From NCBI RefSeq assembly GCF_006345805.1, contig NC_042998.1, forward strand, positions 148,986,001 to 149,050,000: a DNA stretch of 64,000 bases. The letters run 5' to 3'. Shown here piece by piece: positions 13,168 to 27,010 of the stretch. The position numbers were made by a program, and so were the translations under genes. This stretch comes from Octopus sinensis. Lineage: Eukaryota. Below the pieces are notes generated by a model. The model worked only from the letters and a program-made list of their open reading frames with translations, had not been told where the DNA came from and ran no database searches. Numbering within the stretch: the stretch's first letter is position 1; each line of letters opens with the position of its first letter.

Positions 13168-15581
13168 GAGACTGGTGCTGGAAAGTATCGATCTCGGGAG
13201 GTTGAAAAGTAGAGTTTACGTCGGTAGGTTTTGATCTCGGCGAGCAAACAGCCACAATGAATACCACAAAGGATCGAGTCCGATGTTCTAACGATTCTGG
13301 CCTTTTGCCATCTAACATATACACATCTAGGCACGCACGCTCATATACAATTATACGCACACTGAAAGAAACACACACTCACACAAGCACTCATACCAAC
13401 ACAGTCATAGGCATAAATAAATGAAACACATCCAGACGTGACTACATACAAAATCGCAAACAGTCACACACAAACCCATGCTCACACACACACACACACA
13501 CAACACACACACACACAAGAAGTCACTGCGTCAGCCAAAATGGTGTTAAAGTATGGAATCATTAGGGAAGAAATGGTTCATGAATCGGAACGATGGGAAA
13601 ACTTGTAAAACGTGAGGCCTGTTGCTACTGTTGTAGTTGATGCTGCTGTTGCTGTTGTTGCTACTGCTGTTGCTACTGCTGTTGCTGCTGCCTTCACTGT
13701 AAAGAGCTATCATTAAAACGATGATCGTATTGTTGCTGTCGTTGTTTAACCCCAGGCCTTCTCAATCAGGCCTGGGTTTAAACAACCAGCTATGGTCACC
13801 ATCATTACCGAGTACAACACTTTTAAGATGGAAGGTGTGCTAGCCGCGAACTTACCCCCGTTTTCTATATCTGGTGCTACATTCTCAATGTGTTGTTTCT
13901 TTTATAACATAGTCAAGTATAGTTTGAGTGAATTTGGTTGCTATTTCTAGGAGGTCAACCCCATAAGGGGTTGTAATTTCAGGTTCGAGAATATGGCGGT
14001 GGCTGTAAAGGAACAACAGCTGCAGCAGCAGCAGTAGTAGTAGCATCAGCAAGAGCAGCCTCAGCAGCAACAACATTAGCAGTAGTAGTAGTAGTGGTAG
14101 TGGTAGTAGTAGTAGCAGCAGCAGTAGTAGTTACTAGTAGTAGCTGTAATAGTGGAAATATTGATATTGATGGTTACAGCGTTAAAATCGATTTCGTTTG
14201 GGAACTGATTGTTTTTGTTCAATTAGACAGTGAATGTAGAAGGCGCAAAGGTGCTGACCTCTGCTGACCCTTGCAGATTGATGTGTTTCATGTTACATTT
14301 GAAGATCTGGAGGTCGGTGTCTGCAATAAAAATGGGTAGAAACAGAATTCCAGAACCTTTCAGATCTGGTGAGGCGGGGACATTAAAAGACGTGCTTAAC
14401 GTGGGGGTTTTAAATTTGTTTCTTGAATGATGTACGTAGAGGAGGAAGGACAACCTTCGTTAAATTTGTGGGGCTCTAAGACTCATGAAAGAACTTTTTT
14501 ATATCTTTTTAGTCAGGTGGTAAGAGGAATGAGTCCTTTACAGAGCCTTCAAGACTCATGAGAGGGAGGGTGGTTTCTCAAAGCAGGGACCTGGCCTGGA
14601 TGATTTAGAGTAAGTGGATTCCGTAAAAGTTACCCAAGGTTCCAAGTAGTGGTGCTAAACCAGGCCATGGATTAAGTCTATCAAACCAGTCGGCCAGGTT
14701 AAGATTTGAACTCAGAAACCAAAGAACCGGAAAATACCACAGGTATCTTATTCGATTGTCCAATGTTATTTAAAGGTTCTGAATTAGTACTTTATGTATT
14801 GACTCAGAAGCGATGAAAGGCAAAGTTGACCTCGGTGGGATTCGAACTCAGAGCGCTGAAAGCCGGTATAGATACAGCGAGGTCCACTATCCGAGGCTCT
14901 AACAGTTCTTGTCTCATAAGACGTCAACAAGATGGATTCCGCTAGAATCTAAGGGGTAGTATCAAACAGAATGATGGGAGACAAAATAATGAGAGAGAAA
15001 GTGGAAGAGGAGGTAGAGGAAGAGGAGAGGAAGAAGAAGAGGATCAAGAAGAAGCGAAGAAGGGGAGGAGAGATAAAGGGGTTGAATGAACATGGGTGGA
15101 GTGGTTATTTGAGGCTTGGTCGAGAGAAGCAGGGTGAGAGAGAGAGCGTTACAGTTATAGAGACAGAGACAAATGAAAAAGACTTTTAAGGAACCGATTA
15201 GTGAGTCTTTGCCAATTTGATGGATCGCCTTCTTTTGAATACTGTGTAGTTATGATGGTGTTGTTGTTTGTAAGCCTCGGGGTCAATTCTGGTCGAAAAT
15301 ATCCATAATCAAAACCTTCCAGCTGTGACCTTTCAGTTCTGTATTTTCGTTTCATTCTTTGTTTCTTTATTTTCTTTTCTTTCTTTTTTTGTAAATCAGA
15401 AACTACATCAGTCAATGCATCTTTCTATATTTGCAACGATAGGCTGTGATTCCAGAGAAATTTTGCTATTATTTCTAACAAGATTAGTAAGTACATAAAA
15501 GTCTCACATTGATACGAATCTAGGATTTTAGCTCGAACAGTTGTTGTTAGTGTTACGGAGATAACCGTATTAAATAGTTTA

Positions 15582-15631
<50 letters not shown>

Positions 15632-15750
15632 ATAGTAGTAGTAGTAATAGTAGTAGTAGCAGCAGCAGCTGCTGCTGCTGTTGTTGTGGTTGTTGCAATG
15701 CAGAAAAGCTTAAAACAAAATAAAAATAAAAGAAGAAAATCAGTAGAGAA

Positions 15751-15897
15751 TTTGGCGGGAAGGCAAAGTGGCTGGGGAGGAGAGAGCTGTTAAAAGAAGA
15801 CAAAATGGCGAAAAGCATCTTTTTGGCGCCGAATCAACTCATAAATTCGACCAGACTTTGTTGACAGGTTTTCGCGGGAAACCTGTGTTGACAAAGT
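15751..15897. promoter_or_regulatory. Candidate promoter-like motif cluster (three E2F-like sites, one YY1-like site)
   Basis: TTTGGCGGGAA 15751-15761, CAAAATGGCG 15801-15810, TTTGGCGCC 15822-15830 and TTTCGCGGGAAA 15870-15881, in non-repetitive CpG-containing sequence. No linked exon identified. Confidence 0.3.
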
Positions 15898-16233
15898 AAA
15901 AGAAAATGCGAAAAGAGTGTCTGCTCTATCCCCCCTCCCCTTCCACAGGCACTCTTTCTTTATACATACATACATACATACATACATACATACATACATA
16001 CTTATATACATACATATATACATACTTGCATACATACAAACATACATAATTATATACATACATACTAATATTCACACATACATACATATATATTTATATA
16101 CATACATAATACGTATATATACAAATATAAATATGTGTATACGTATACATGTGTATACGTATACATGTGTATACGTATACATGTATATATGTGTGAGTGT
16201 GTCTATGTTTGTATGTATAAATGTATTTATACA

Positions 16234-16292
<59 letters not shown>

Positions 16293-16937
16293 AGTCATAC
16301 AAACACACACACAACACACACATATTCCTCGCATCCTCTCCCGTTATCTTTTTCTTGCTCTCTCTCATTTTGTCTGTCTATCTGTTCCTTTCTCTCTTTC
16401 TCCCTTATATATTTTCTCTTACACTCTTCACCTTATTCAGTTTTACCCCCAACACTCTCCTTATACTCCCTCCGGTTTTCTTCCCCCATACACCTCACCC
16501 CACTCCCACAATCATTCTTTCTTTCACTTTCTGTTCAACTCCTCCTCTCCCACCACCACCGCCGCCGCCATCCCGCCGCCACCACCGCAAGCATTTTATG
16601 TGCAACACAACTTTATCACTATCACCGTCACCACAGTCACCATACACAACAGAATAAGAGCCAGCACTAGCATCCCCCACCACCAAACCTCTTCCTCCCC
16701 ATATATCTTTTCTATTTCGCACTTTTCTATAACATATCCTCAATATCTTTCACACACTTTTTCTTTGCCTCTGGGTCTTCCACTCACACACACACTCTCT
16801 CTCTCACTCACACACACACATCAATTCAAACACACGCAGTCGGTTTTTACCTTACATCTGTCTCACTACAGTAATCTGCACATAAATTCCACAACGTCTC
16901 TTCCTCTATATTCATTTACAACATACATACGAACGTT

Positions 16938-17062
16938 TATGCATGCATACATACATACATACATACATACATACATACATACATACATACATACATACAT
17001 ACATACATACATACATACATACATACATACATACATACATACATACATGCATACATACATAC
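16938..17062. repeat. (CATA)n microsatellite
   Basis: About 30 near-perfect CATA units. Confidence 0.95.
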
Positions 17063-18848
17063 ATATTTGTATGTGTATGTTAGCACGTATGTATGTATAG
17101 GAATCATAGGAATTACATGAATAAATGTCTTGCAGTTATACGGAAAATATTTTTATGTGCAATGCAATTAGGAAAAGGGCTCAATAATGTGAAAGTAATC
17201 TGATTTAGAACAGTAATATCTACACTGATTTATATGCTTATAGAATAAATACTTAAAAATAAAATCAGAGACAATATATTGAAATGTGTGTGTGCGTGCA
17301 TGCGCCTGTGTATGCGTGAGTGAGTATGTATGTGTGAATGTGTGTGTATGTGTTTATGAAGCTGTTCACATTCAAACGAAGCTATAAATGATAACTCACT
17401 TTATATCGGATAAAGACAACTGTTAGACAGTAAAAATGACCGGAATGTCCAGAAACAAACCCCGAATCTTCTGTAGACCGGATGGCCGCGGTAGCTCTAT
17501 TGCAAGGATATCTGACAAATATCCACCCACCAGATTTAGAAGCTTAATCTATTCAAGTCAGAAAATGGGTGTATTAATATTGGCTGAAATTTGAAAATAT
17601 TTCCTTCTAAAAAGCTTATCAAATGTGAATGAAGCAATAAATGATAGATCATATTGAGTAAAAATGCCCCCTTAAACAAGGAAAAGCAAACAAAATCACC
17701 TATAATAACTGAATCTTGTATCTACATAAACGGCCGAAATACCTGTACATCAAAGAGATTAGACAACTTTCTATCGGCGGAATTAAAAGCTTTTTCTTTA
17801 CAGGCAATAAAATTGAGTAAATTAGCTTAGATTCGTTTGACGTAAAGAGAAATCAATCTTTAAACAACAACATATCAAGAAGCGTATGGCATGTAGCTGA
17901 AATCACATAGAAATGCAGTAAATAAAGCCTTTTCTTTTAAGAGGAACTGCTTAGAGAAGAGTAAAGAGTAGTCTATAAAGAAGCAATATTGCAAAGAGAT
18001 AGATTGTCGAAAACTGTATTGTCTCACCCAGTGGATTCTTCAGATGTACAAAACAACTGCACCCATTCAAGTTTGGGAAGAGAAAAAAATATACTACGTT
18101 TTAATATTAACATGCCCTGGATTGAACGGAAAGTTGCATAAAACGAATATAAAAGGAAACTAGTAGACAACACACCGTCTTATATTAATTCATCTGAAGT
18201 ATATTCCTAAAGAATAACAGAAAAATAAAACATTATCTCAGAATATATACATTTGCTGTAAAAAGAGAAGTGAAAATGTGTCACACTGCAAACACCGAAA
18301 AAAATTCATTTTCAAAATTTGGTCCAATTTACAAGATAGACGATCAGCAATAATTATGCGGGGATTGAAAACACGGAAATGTCAACAGCAATAGAGGAGT
18401 AGCTACCTGCCCAAATACATTCCAATAATCTATTATATACAGGAATGGAACCACCAACACTATTCGAATCAATATTTCCACAGATACATACATAAACCCA
18501 CGTCAAAATAGGAAAAGGAAATAAAAACATGTTAAACAAAACAGGATATGGTCACCTATTAAAAAAATAACAGATGACCAACGAACAGGAAAAAGTCTTC
18601 TGTGCATCTTCATGTGAGCAAGTAAATGAAATGACAAAACTAGCACCTGTGAGTAAAGGACTCCTTATTTTTGACAAACAAGATACATGTTCTGAAGAAT
18701 CTCTTACAAATATACATGAAAAACACAAAATTCTCTATGAATACAAATAACTTTAAATCCAAACAAGCCACTGCACCAATATATATGCTAAAAACTAGAA
18801 AGCGGACAACATTAACACGCCTCGACAAAAATGACGAAACAATAATAT

Positions 18849-19101
18849 TGGTTTCAAATTTTGGCATAAGGTCAGCAATTTCGAGTTAGGGGACAAGTCG
18901 ATGACATCGACTCCAGTTCTTAGCTGGTCTTATTTTATTGACCTCAACACTCAACTGGTACCTATTACTTATTTTATCGACCCCGAAGAACGAAAGGTAA
19001 AGTCGACCTCGGCAGAATTTGAACTCAAAACGTTAAGACGGACGAAACACCTTTAAGCATTTTGCCTGCCGTGCTAACGATTGTACCAGCACGCCGGCCC
19101 T
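18849..19101 (-). mobile_element. SINE family A copy
   Basis: Reverse complement of family A: GGTTTCAAATTTTGGCATAAGG ... AAAGTCGACCTCGGCAGAATTTGAACTC ... GTGCTAACGATT. Confidence 0.8.
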
Positions 19102-19231
19102 GGTGAAGAAAAAAAAAGAATTAACAGACTACGTCCATATAAAACAGAATAAAATATCCAACCAGATCAACAGGTATAAAGAGAACTCAAATTGATGGTT
19201 ATAAAGGCACAGTTAAACTCAGTTACATATG

Positions 19232-19274
19232 TCTTGTCTGACGATCGGAATGGAATGAAACTCGAGTCGCTAGA
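19232..19274 (+). ncRNA. Minimal type-I hammerhead ribozyme candidate
   Basis: TCTTGT [CTGACGA] TCGGAATGGAAT [GAAAC TCGA GTC] GCTAGA: canonical core, palindromic tetraloop TCGA in stem III, GUC cleavage triplet, 5/6 paired stem I. Stem II has no clear pairing. Confidence 0.55.
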
Positions 19275-19665
19275 AACCAATTTAGTTTAAAGAAACTATA
19301 TACTGCATGCCATGTATTGAGTTGATATTTGTTCAAAAATTCAGTGCATCAATAAACTCACCATATTAATATATATACATATTTTATATAGTATATCTTG
19401 TTGACATCATAAGAATTTATAAGCTTCCGAGAAAGCATGAAAAATTTCTTTTTTGGAACGGTGGATCTCGAACCACATAAAACTATAAGTACCTTTAAAC
19501 CCAAAAGCAAACCAGTAAACCAATGTTTATGAAACAAACAGAAAGACGACAACCTTAACACGTCTCGACAAAAATGATAAATTAAAGCTATTGGCTACCT
19601 ACGATTTCAATATAATATTTATGTGCTTCGAGATTCTGTGTTCCAAAACATAAATATATGCGTGT

Positions 19666-19732
<67 letters not shown>

Positions 19733-20813
19733 CACATATACATATATTTGCACACACACAAACACACACACACACACGCATAACTGAGTTTCACCTCTTG
19801 CGATGTCGAGGTGATCGCAATGAAATGAAACGCGAGTCGCAAGTCAAACTTTCAGTTTCGATTCCGATAAAGACCATATCTTCTGCAATATGTTTTCCCA
19901 CCAATCCAACAACATAAGCAAACGTGTGTACACACATACACACACACACACACACACATATTTAGCTTCAGAACCACCTTCGTCCTGTTATTTCGAATTG
20001 TCTCAAGATCTTATTCCATTTGAAACGTTGAGTGCCTGCACTATCTTTTAAAGAAGCATATTGCACCCCACCCAACAAAAAGGAGGAAATCGAAGCAAGT
20101 CGTATCATCAGGTTCTAGAATCATACCCACGTCCGCGTACCAGTAGCTATTGTAACTGCTTAAGTTTATTTTTGTTTCATTTCACCATCCTACTTTCTCT
20201 AAACCAGATACATATTCAACCGTGCCACATTCTTCAACTTATAGCTAAATGCTCGTTGAACAAGTGTGTGGTTGTACGTCTCAAGTTAGAAGTGTTTCGT
20301 TTTGTGCGTATTGACAGCGGCGAATTGGTGGGAGGATGGCAGTTAGTGTTGCGTAAGAATGTGCTGCAAGTCTCTGTGTTCTGAGTTCAAATCCTCTGAG
20401 ATCAACTTTATCGTTTATGATTGTATCGATAGAAAAGTATAAAAATAATCGTACAAGGCGATTAGTTGGTGGAACTGTCATGAGAGTCGGACAAAATGTT
20501 TCCTAGTATCTGCTCCAGCTCTTTGTGCTCTGACAGCAACACTGGTGTCAGAATATATCGGCCAAGGTTGCTAGCAGTTCCTTAAAAAACACAGGTGGCG
20601 TAGAGAGGGGGGAATTGCATGGTCAACTGCTTGTCTTATTCGAGAGGATGTTATATCATGTATTTCTACTGTCCATCTGAGTTCCATGGGTATTATTTTA
20701 CCTCAGAGAGAGAAGCAGGGGTCTTAGTTTTGCCTTCTTCACAATGTTCAAAATTATCAAGAAAGCTATGTCTGTGTTACGGAATCATGGATAATTCTTC
20801 AAACACGTATATA

Positions 20814-21883
20814 CAGAGTTTTGGATTAAATTTGACAATATTTTATGTCTCCTGTTTCAAGAACAGCTTCATTTATGTGTGTGTGTGTGTGTCAATGGCG
20901 TTGGAGAGCATAAAGATTGAAGTTGTAGTTGAGAAAAGGTTAGCTGAAATGAACGACTGGAAGAAATCTGAATACTGGAAGAAAGTTACCTGTATCATGA
21001 TGATTCGCACCGGGTATCAAAATGCCGACGACATCATGACGGCTGCTTAGTACTCTGTGAACACTGTAAAGGCTGTAAGACGACACATGGAGAGCTGTAT
21101 CAGAGACTACTAAACCATGGTCATCAGAAAGGGATACAACAAGCGTTGTAACGGCATCCGCAGGCCATAATTCCTCCAGCTGCTGTAGGACAAGGTAATG
21201 GAAGATCTGAGCAAGGGCATCCGGATTTGACGGGAGAGATGGGTGTTAGAGCCGCTACCATAATGCTGGGGTATGATCTGGCCCTTCTAAGATGAAAATA
21301 ACTCCTGCTAGGATCAGCTTCACATCACCCAGAACAACAGGCTGCTTGTCTCCTATCTATGTGATGTCCTACCATCGTGAAAATCAAGTTCCTCCAAACT
21401 GTGGTAGTCTATGCGTGTGTCTCCTGTGAGGTTTGAACAGGGCCTGCTGAAAACTGTGGTCAATAACTGGCTGGAAAGAGTAGATGCTGGAAGGCCATGT
21501 AAGTGGCAGCAGGATTCAGCTGCTTGCCATACCTCGGGAAAGAGTTAGAAGTGATTGTAGGAGAATTTCTACGACTTCTTGCTTTCTAATTCCCCTGATT
21601 CTAATCCAGTGGATTCTAATGGATCAACTGCTCTGCTTGCAACACTAAGACCGAGCTGGTTGCGAAGATCTTCCCAGGGATGCAATGAGGAGCGCATGCG
21701 CCAGGTTCCAGAACCGTCTTAAGAATATACTGGATATTGGACCGGCTACATTTAGTAAACTCTTATCTCCCAGTCACAGTCAGTTCACATTTTTATTATT
21801 TTAAAAATACTTTAAATTTTGGATGGGGTATTGTGTTTTCTATTCCTTTTATGCAAACTTTAGAATTTAGCCCCAACGCCCTG
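20814..21883 (+). mobile_element. Tc1/mariner (DD37D/maT-like) element, internally deleted
   Basis: Decayed translation WQQDSAACHTSGKS...ENFYDF..NSPDSNPVD. Degenerate TIRs: TA|CAGAGTTTTGGATTAAATTT on the left, reverse complement CAGGGCGTTGGGGCTAAATTC on the right. Confidence 0.7.
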
Positions 21884-22051
21884 TGTTTATACCATTTTTG
21901 AGGCTGGTTTAGCACTGTTTCATGTTTTATTCTGAAGGCAAATGTCGCATCTCTAATTTCTAATATATCGGTAACTATTCTTTGAGTACTTTTATGGCAC
22001 TACATCTCGATAGATAGATAGATAGATAGATAGATAGGTAGATAGATAGAG

Positions 22052-22092
<41 letters not shown>

Positions 22093-22212
22093 TAGATATA
22101 AATACATATATCGATATACATATATATATAATTTCAGAACAGACTCTCAGCTTGTTATCCATGATCTAATAACTGTGGAGGCTGTGTGTATGCGTGTTTA
22201 CATATATATATA

Positions 22213-22257
<45 letters not shown>

Positions 22258-22517
22258 TATATGTACACACACACAGACATAAACATACATCTACATAGTC
22301 CCATGCGTCATCATACATACATTTATGTGTATGCATGTAGGTATACGTATATGTTTGTGGACATATATGTATGCATCTATGTATATAAGCATATATACAC
22401 ATACACATATATGGGTACAGGACGTCACCATACATACATACATTCATACATATATACATTCATACATACATACATACATACATACATACACACACACACA
22501 TACATAAATACATCCAT

Positions 22518-22554
<37 letters not shown>

Positions 22555-22789
22555 TACAAAGATATTCGACAGTACATTGCACTCTTTGTAATAGGCTCTG
22601 CTTCTCTCATTTCACCCTCTCATGTCACTTTCTCTCATGTTACCCCCTCTCGTTCTTATATCACTACTCTCTCAATCCCTCTCCCCGTCTCTCTCTCTCT
22701 ATCTCCTTCACTTTCTCTCTCACTCTCTCCCTTTTCTTTTATTTCTTTCGATGTTATTCAACCATAAAATCTAGCGTCACATACGATAT

Positions 22790-23530
22790 GTTCTTCCGCA
22801 GGACGATTCTGAAAAGCTCACACCAAACACTTCAGGGCCGAAACAACACCACCGGCACCCCCAGCACCACCATCACTACCATCAATACTACCACCGCCAC
22901 CACCGCCAACAACAACAACAAAACCAGCATCACCACTTCTGCCGCCAACAACAACACCAACACTACCGCCGCCGACACCCCCTACCGCCACCGCTAACCC
23001 CATCACCATCACGACAACGTCGAGCCCCACCACCACCGGCAACCAGAAAACACCATCCCTATCTTTACCACCACCGTTTCACCATCTCTAGTCCTCATTA
23101 GCATCAACTTAGCCACTACCACCACCACCACCACCACCAATTCCATCGATGCCGTCATCACCACTGCAACCACGACCATCACCACACCGACACCACGATC
23201 ACCATCATCATGACTAACAACCACCTCGGCCACCCTCATTACTACGTCCACCACCACCATCAACACGAATTCGATAACCACCGCCATTACCACCAGATTT
23301 CCATCTCTAGCCAGCATCAGAGTCGTCACCTCACTATTTATTTCCACCGCCACCACCATCACGACCAACAAAAACAACAAAAACATTTCCATCAACATCA
23401 CCATAATCATCATGATCGTCATCAGTCGCCGCCGCTGCCGCCACCACCGCAGCAGCAGCAGCAGGAGCAGCCAATATCACCATCACCGTCTCAACCCAAT
23501 CTCCTCGTCTACTAACACATCACACACACA
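22790..23530. repeat. Compound (CAC/CAA/CAT)n low-complexity tract
   Basis: Direct inspection; His/Thr/Val-rich ORFs in several frames on both strands. Confidence 0.85.
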
Positions 23531-24044
23531 CACACGTATACACACACGTACGCACGCATTAAGACACGCGCACACAAATAAACACATACACACGTAATCG
23601 CACGTACACACGCACACACACATACACACACACTCACGTACCCCCTTCCACCACCACCACCGCTACCACCACCATATATGATATATCTAAAGCCTGCAAG
23701 CTTTCACTGGCCTCTTGGCGTCAATCAGTTGGAATATCTCGAATTTTCTATTCGATTGCATCGAGGCGATTGACGTCACCAAGATTTTGTCCGAAATTTC
23801 CCGGATGACGAACATTAACAGCAGACAAACACACAGAAACACACACACACACACACACACCACACACACATACACATACACACCTATAAAAGATCACGTA
23901 CGAAGTCTTTCAGGAATATATGCGTGTATATATGTGCGTGCGTGTATGTGAGTACGTGTGCTTGTGTAGACTCTCACAAACATATACTCATAGCTATATG
24001 TACACATAACAAAGACGTATGCCAGTATAAATGTATGCTTCTCA

Positions 24045-24090
<46 letters not shown>

Positions 24091-24149
24091 TGCATACACA
24101 CACATATATGCATATATATATATGTATGTATATACATATATATGTATGC

Positions 24150-24183
<34 letters not shown>

Positions 24184-25021
24184 ATGTATACATATATATA
24201 TATGTGTGTGTATATATATATATATATGCATATACATATATGTATATATATATATATGCATACATTTATTATTTAGATGTGTGCGTGTACATCTTTTGTA
24301 TGTTTATGTGAGTGTGTGTGTGTGTACACGCACGTGCATGAGTGTATGTTTATATATGTTTGTGTGTGTGTTGTGTACTTACATCCGTCTAGAATTACTT
24401 GTGCAATTGTGATTTGTCTTCATAAAACCATGATGACTCCACAGAGACGGCACATAATGTGTAGATTTAACCCTGGGGCACACGACCGCTATTTATTTTA
24501 TTGACCTCGCTCGAGAAACAAAGATGAGCTTAAACTGGCTCGATTTGAACCCCTGATACTCCCCGCTGACGTTGCTACCATACCACCGACGTCGCTTTAC
24601 AAAGACGACGCGTCGATATAATTGACATCATTAGATTCTATGTTTTTCTTGTTTCAGTCATCGGATTACGCCCACGCTGGTGCACCTCTTTGAAGGGTTT
24701 CGTCGAACAAATCGACTCAAGTACTTATTTTTTATATATATATATTTTTTTAAAGTTTGGTATTTATTCCATCGACCTCTTCTACCGAACAGCTAAATTT
24801 CAGGGACGTAAACAGACCAACACCGGTTGTCAAGTGGTGGTGGTGGTGGTGTCAGACACAAAGACGCATATAGATATATGCATTCATATATGTATTACTT
24901 TGCCTATCATATATACTAAAACTAGAACGATATAGACGATATTCGTGAAGCGTTCCATATTTATATCAAGGCGATGCCCCAGCAAGGCTGCAATCTAATG
25001 ACTGAAACAAATAAAAGAAAT

Positions 25022-25068
<47 letters not shown>

Positions 25069-25636
25069 CAGTCTTACATACATACACGCTCATACAAAAT
25101 AGGTTTCAACACAGTTTCTGTCAACCAAATTTACTTATAAGGCATTTGTCGGCTCGGGGCTTTAGTAGAAGACAATTTTCCAAGGTGCCTCGCAGTGGAA
25201 CTGAACCCGAAGCTACATTGTTGCAAAGCGAGCTCTTTAACCACACAGGGATGCTTGCGCTTGTCAAAATATCAATTTTTTTCTTGTTATTGTTAAATCC
25301 CCAGTCGGACCTTATAAGACAGATACCCGATACTCACTTCTTTTATTCACAAAGTAAATCTAGGACCTTATGATTTCATGTACCGTTCATTTTTCAGACG
25401 GTAGGATATAACTTCAATGTGATTTGACTATTATTTCTTGCTGATCAAACGATCACAGAATAGTTTGCAGGTCCCTATTCCATCTCAGACGTGTAAAACA
25501 CCGATTTTAATCCCAAGAGACGTTGCTGAAAGTCATATTCAGAAGGTTATACGTTGGAATGGAAATCAGCTAATTACATTCTTCTAACATTCTTATCTGC
25601 AACCAATTATCTAGCAGACAATAAACGAGTCAGTCG

Positions 25637-25716
<80 letters not shown>

Positions 25717-26071
25717 GCCTGTCTTCCTGCCTGTCTGTTTATCTATATCTATCTGTCTACCTATCTACTTATCTATCCATTTATCTAACCTCACTGGAGT
25801 GTGCATATATGTATTTGCATACGTACACACACACAACACACACGCACTCTCTTTCTCTCTCTCACACACACACATATACACTCTCACACAGATAGATACA
25901 CACTCACAGGTTAGTTATATGACTCGTTTGAATCTAGGCACATCAACACGTAGGATGCCAGAAATGGCTAGGTATTATAGTGGACACTGTAGATACGTAA
26001 GTATCAAATCCTATTAAATCTGTAGATTCGATCCAGGGTTGGTTCTAGGCGCGGCGTAGTTATAAAATGAA

Positions 26072-26319
26072 TACATATGGGGTTTAAAATATACGACAGC
26101 TGTTTCAGTAGAGTTTTATTGAGGAATTCATAGACTACATCGTAGCATAAACAGGAGAGATAATTCCTTGACGATGTGGAATCCAACCGAAAGTCCAACG
26201 TTCTTGGGTTCGTCATCTTGAAGGTCTTCTTTCACCTGAATTATGTGATATGATGTAATCTATAAATACGTCAATAAACTTTTACTGAAACAGCTGTAAA
26301 TTTTAAACCCCATTTGTGT

Positions 26320-26320
<1 letters not shown>
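26072..26320. repeat. Diverged fold-back (MITE-like) element with ~85-bp inverted arms
   Basis: Left ATGGGGTTTAAAAT..ACAGCTGTTTCAGTA..TTTATTGA..ATAGA.TACATC is the reverse complement of right GATGTAATCTAT..TCAATAAA..TACTGAAACAGCTGT.AATTTTAAACCCCAT; abuts (TA)n. Confidence 0.65.
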
Positions 26321-26329
<9 letters not shown>

Positions 26330-26364
<35 letters not shown>

Positions 26365-26700
26365 TGAAATGCGTTTTTACCGCTTGGTTCGCTTTCAATG
26401 CCACTACATCCCGTCCGATTCGCTCCAAAATTTACACGGACATGTAGAATGAGGTGACGATGCGCGTGGGCTACCTTAGAAATCCCTATCTTAAAAGCTG
26501 TGGTTTCTAGGGGCCATCTTCCTACCTCACCCTATTTCCTCCAGTACTCTGTCACTCCTCTTCATTTATAACTTTCAGAATGCCACTACGGTTATTTAAA
26601 GTATCTGTCACTATCGCTATTTCCTTTCTTTTTCACTGACTCTGTTTCCTACCTTCCTATCACTTCGGCGGCGTTCTTTGAAGTATATGTCACCAACAAT
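26330..26700 (+). mobile_element. Probable Helitron 5' fragment
   Basis: TATATATAAAACTGAAATGCG head followed by CCGTCCGATTCGCTCCAAAATTTACAC, resembling the Helitron subterminal motif also seen near 61050-61075 (minus). The right end is undefined. Confidence 0.4.
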
Positions 26701-26759
26701 CAACACACGAGCATGAGAACAAATATTATGAATCAGATATTCTTGCGTTCATTTATATG

Positions 26760-27010
26760 TGTGCGTGTGTGTTCTATATATATATGTATATATAATGTAT
26801 GTGTGTGTGTGTGTTCTATATATAAATATGTATATATAATGTATGTGTGTGTGGTGTTTATATATAAATATGTATATATAATGTATGTGGTGTGTGTGTT
26901 CTATATATAAATATGTATATATAATGTATGGTGTGTGGTGTGTGTTTTATATATATATGTATATATAATGTATGTGTGTGTGTGTGTTCTATATATAAAT
27001 ATGTATATAA
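26760..27010. repeat. Minisatellite, unit ~40-46 bp, 5-6 copies
   Basis: Repeated GTGTGTTCTATATATAAATATGTATATATAATGTATG. Confidence 0.8.

Larger units (their letters stand above)
18500..19860 (+). mobile_element. Highly decayed Penelope-like element end with two pseudo-LTR-like direct repeats, interrupted by a SINE
   Basis: Near 18710-18760 one frame reads KYT*KTQNSL*IQI, resembling the YIG(E/K)TxNSLRxR half of GIY-YIG. Segment ...GACAACATTAACACGCCTCGACAAAAATGA (~18805-18835) recurs at ~19547-19578. Each repeat is followed downstream by a hammerhead-like motif (19232, 19797). Confidence 0.45.

Noticed and set aside
12849-13378. 161-168 aa ORFs on the minus strand
   Set aside because: Mostly (CT)n translation; the unique part (13165-13330) matches no protein family I recognise.
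16135-17100. 321-aa ORF
   Set aside because: Concatenated microsatellites and pyrimidine-rich low-complexity sequence.
26165-26200. TTGACGA...GAAAGTC hammerhead-like words
   Set aside because: No stem III and no stem I pairing.
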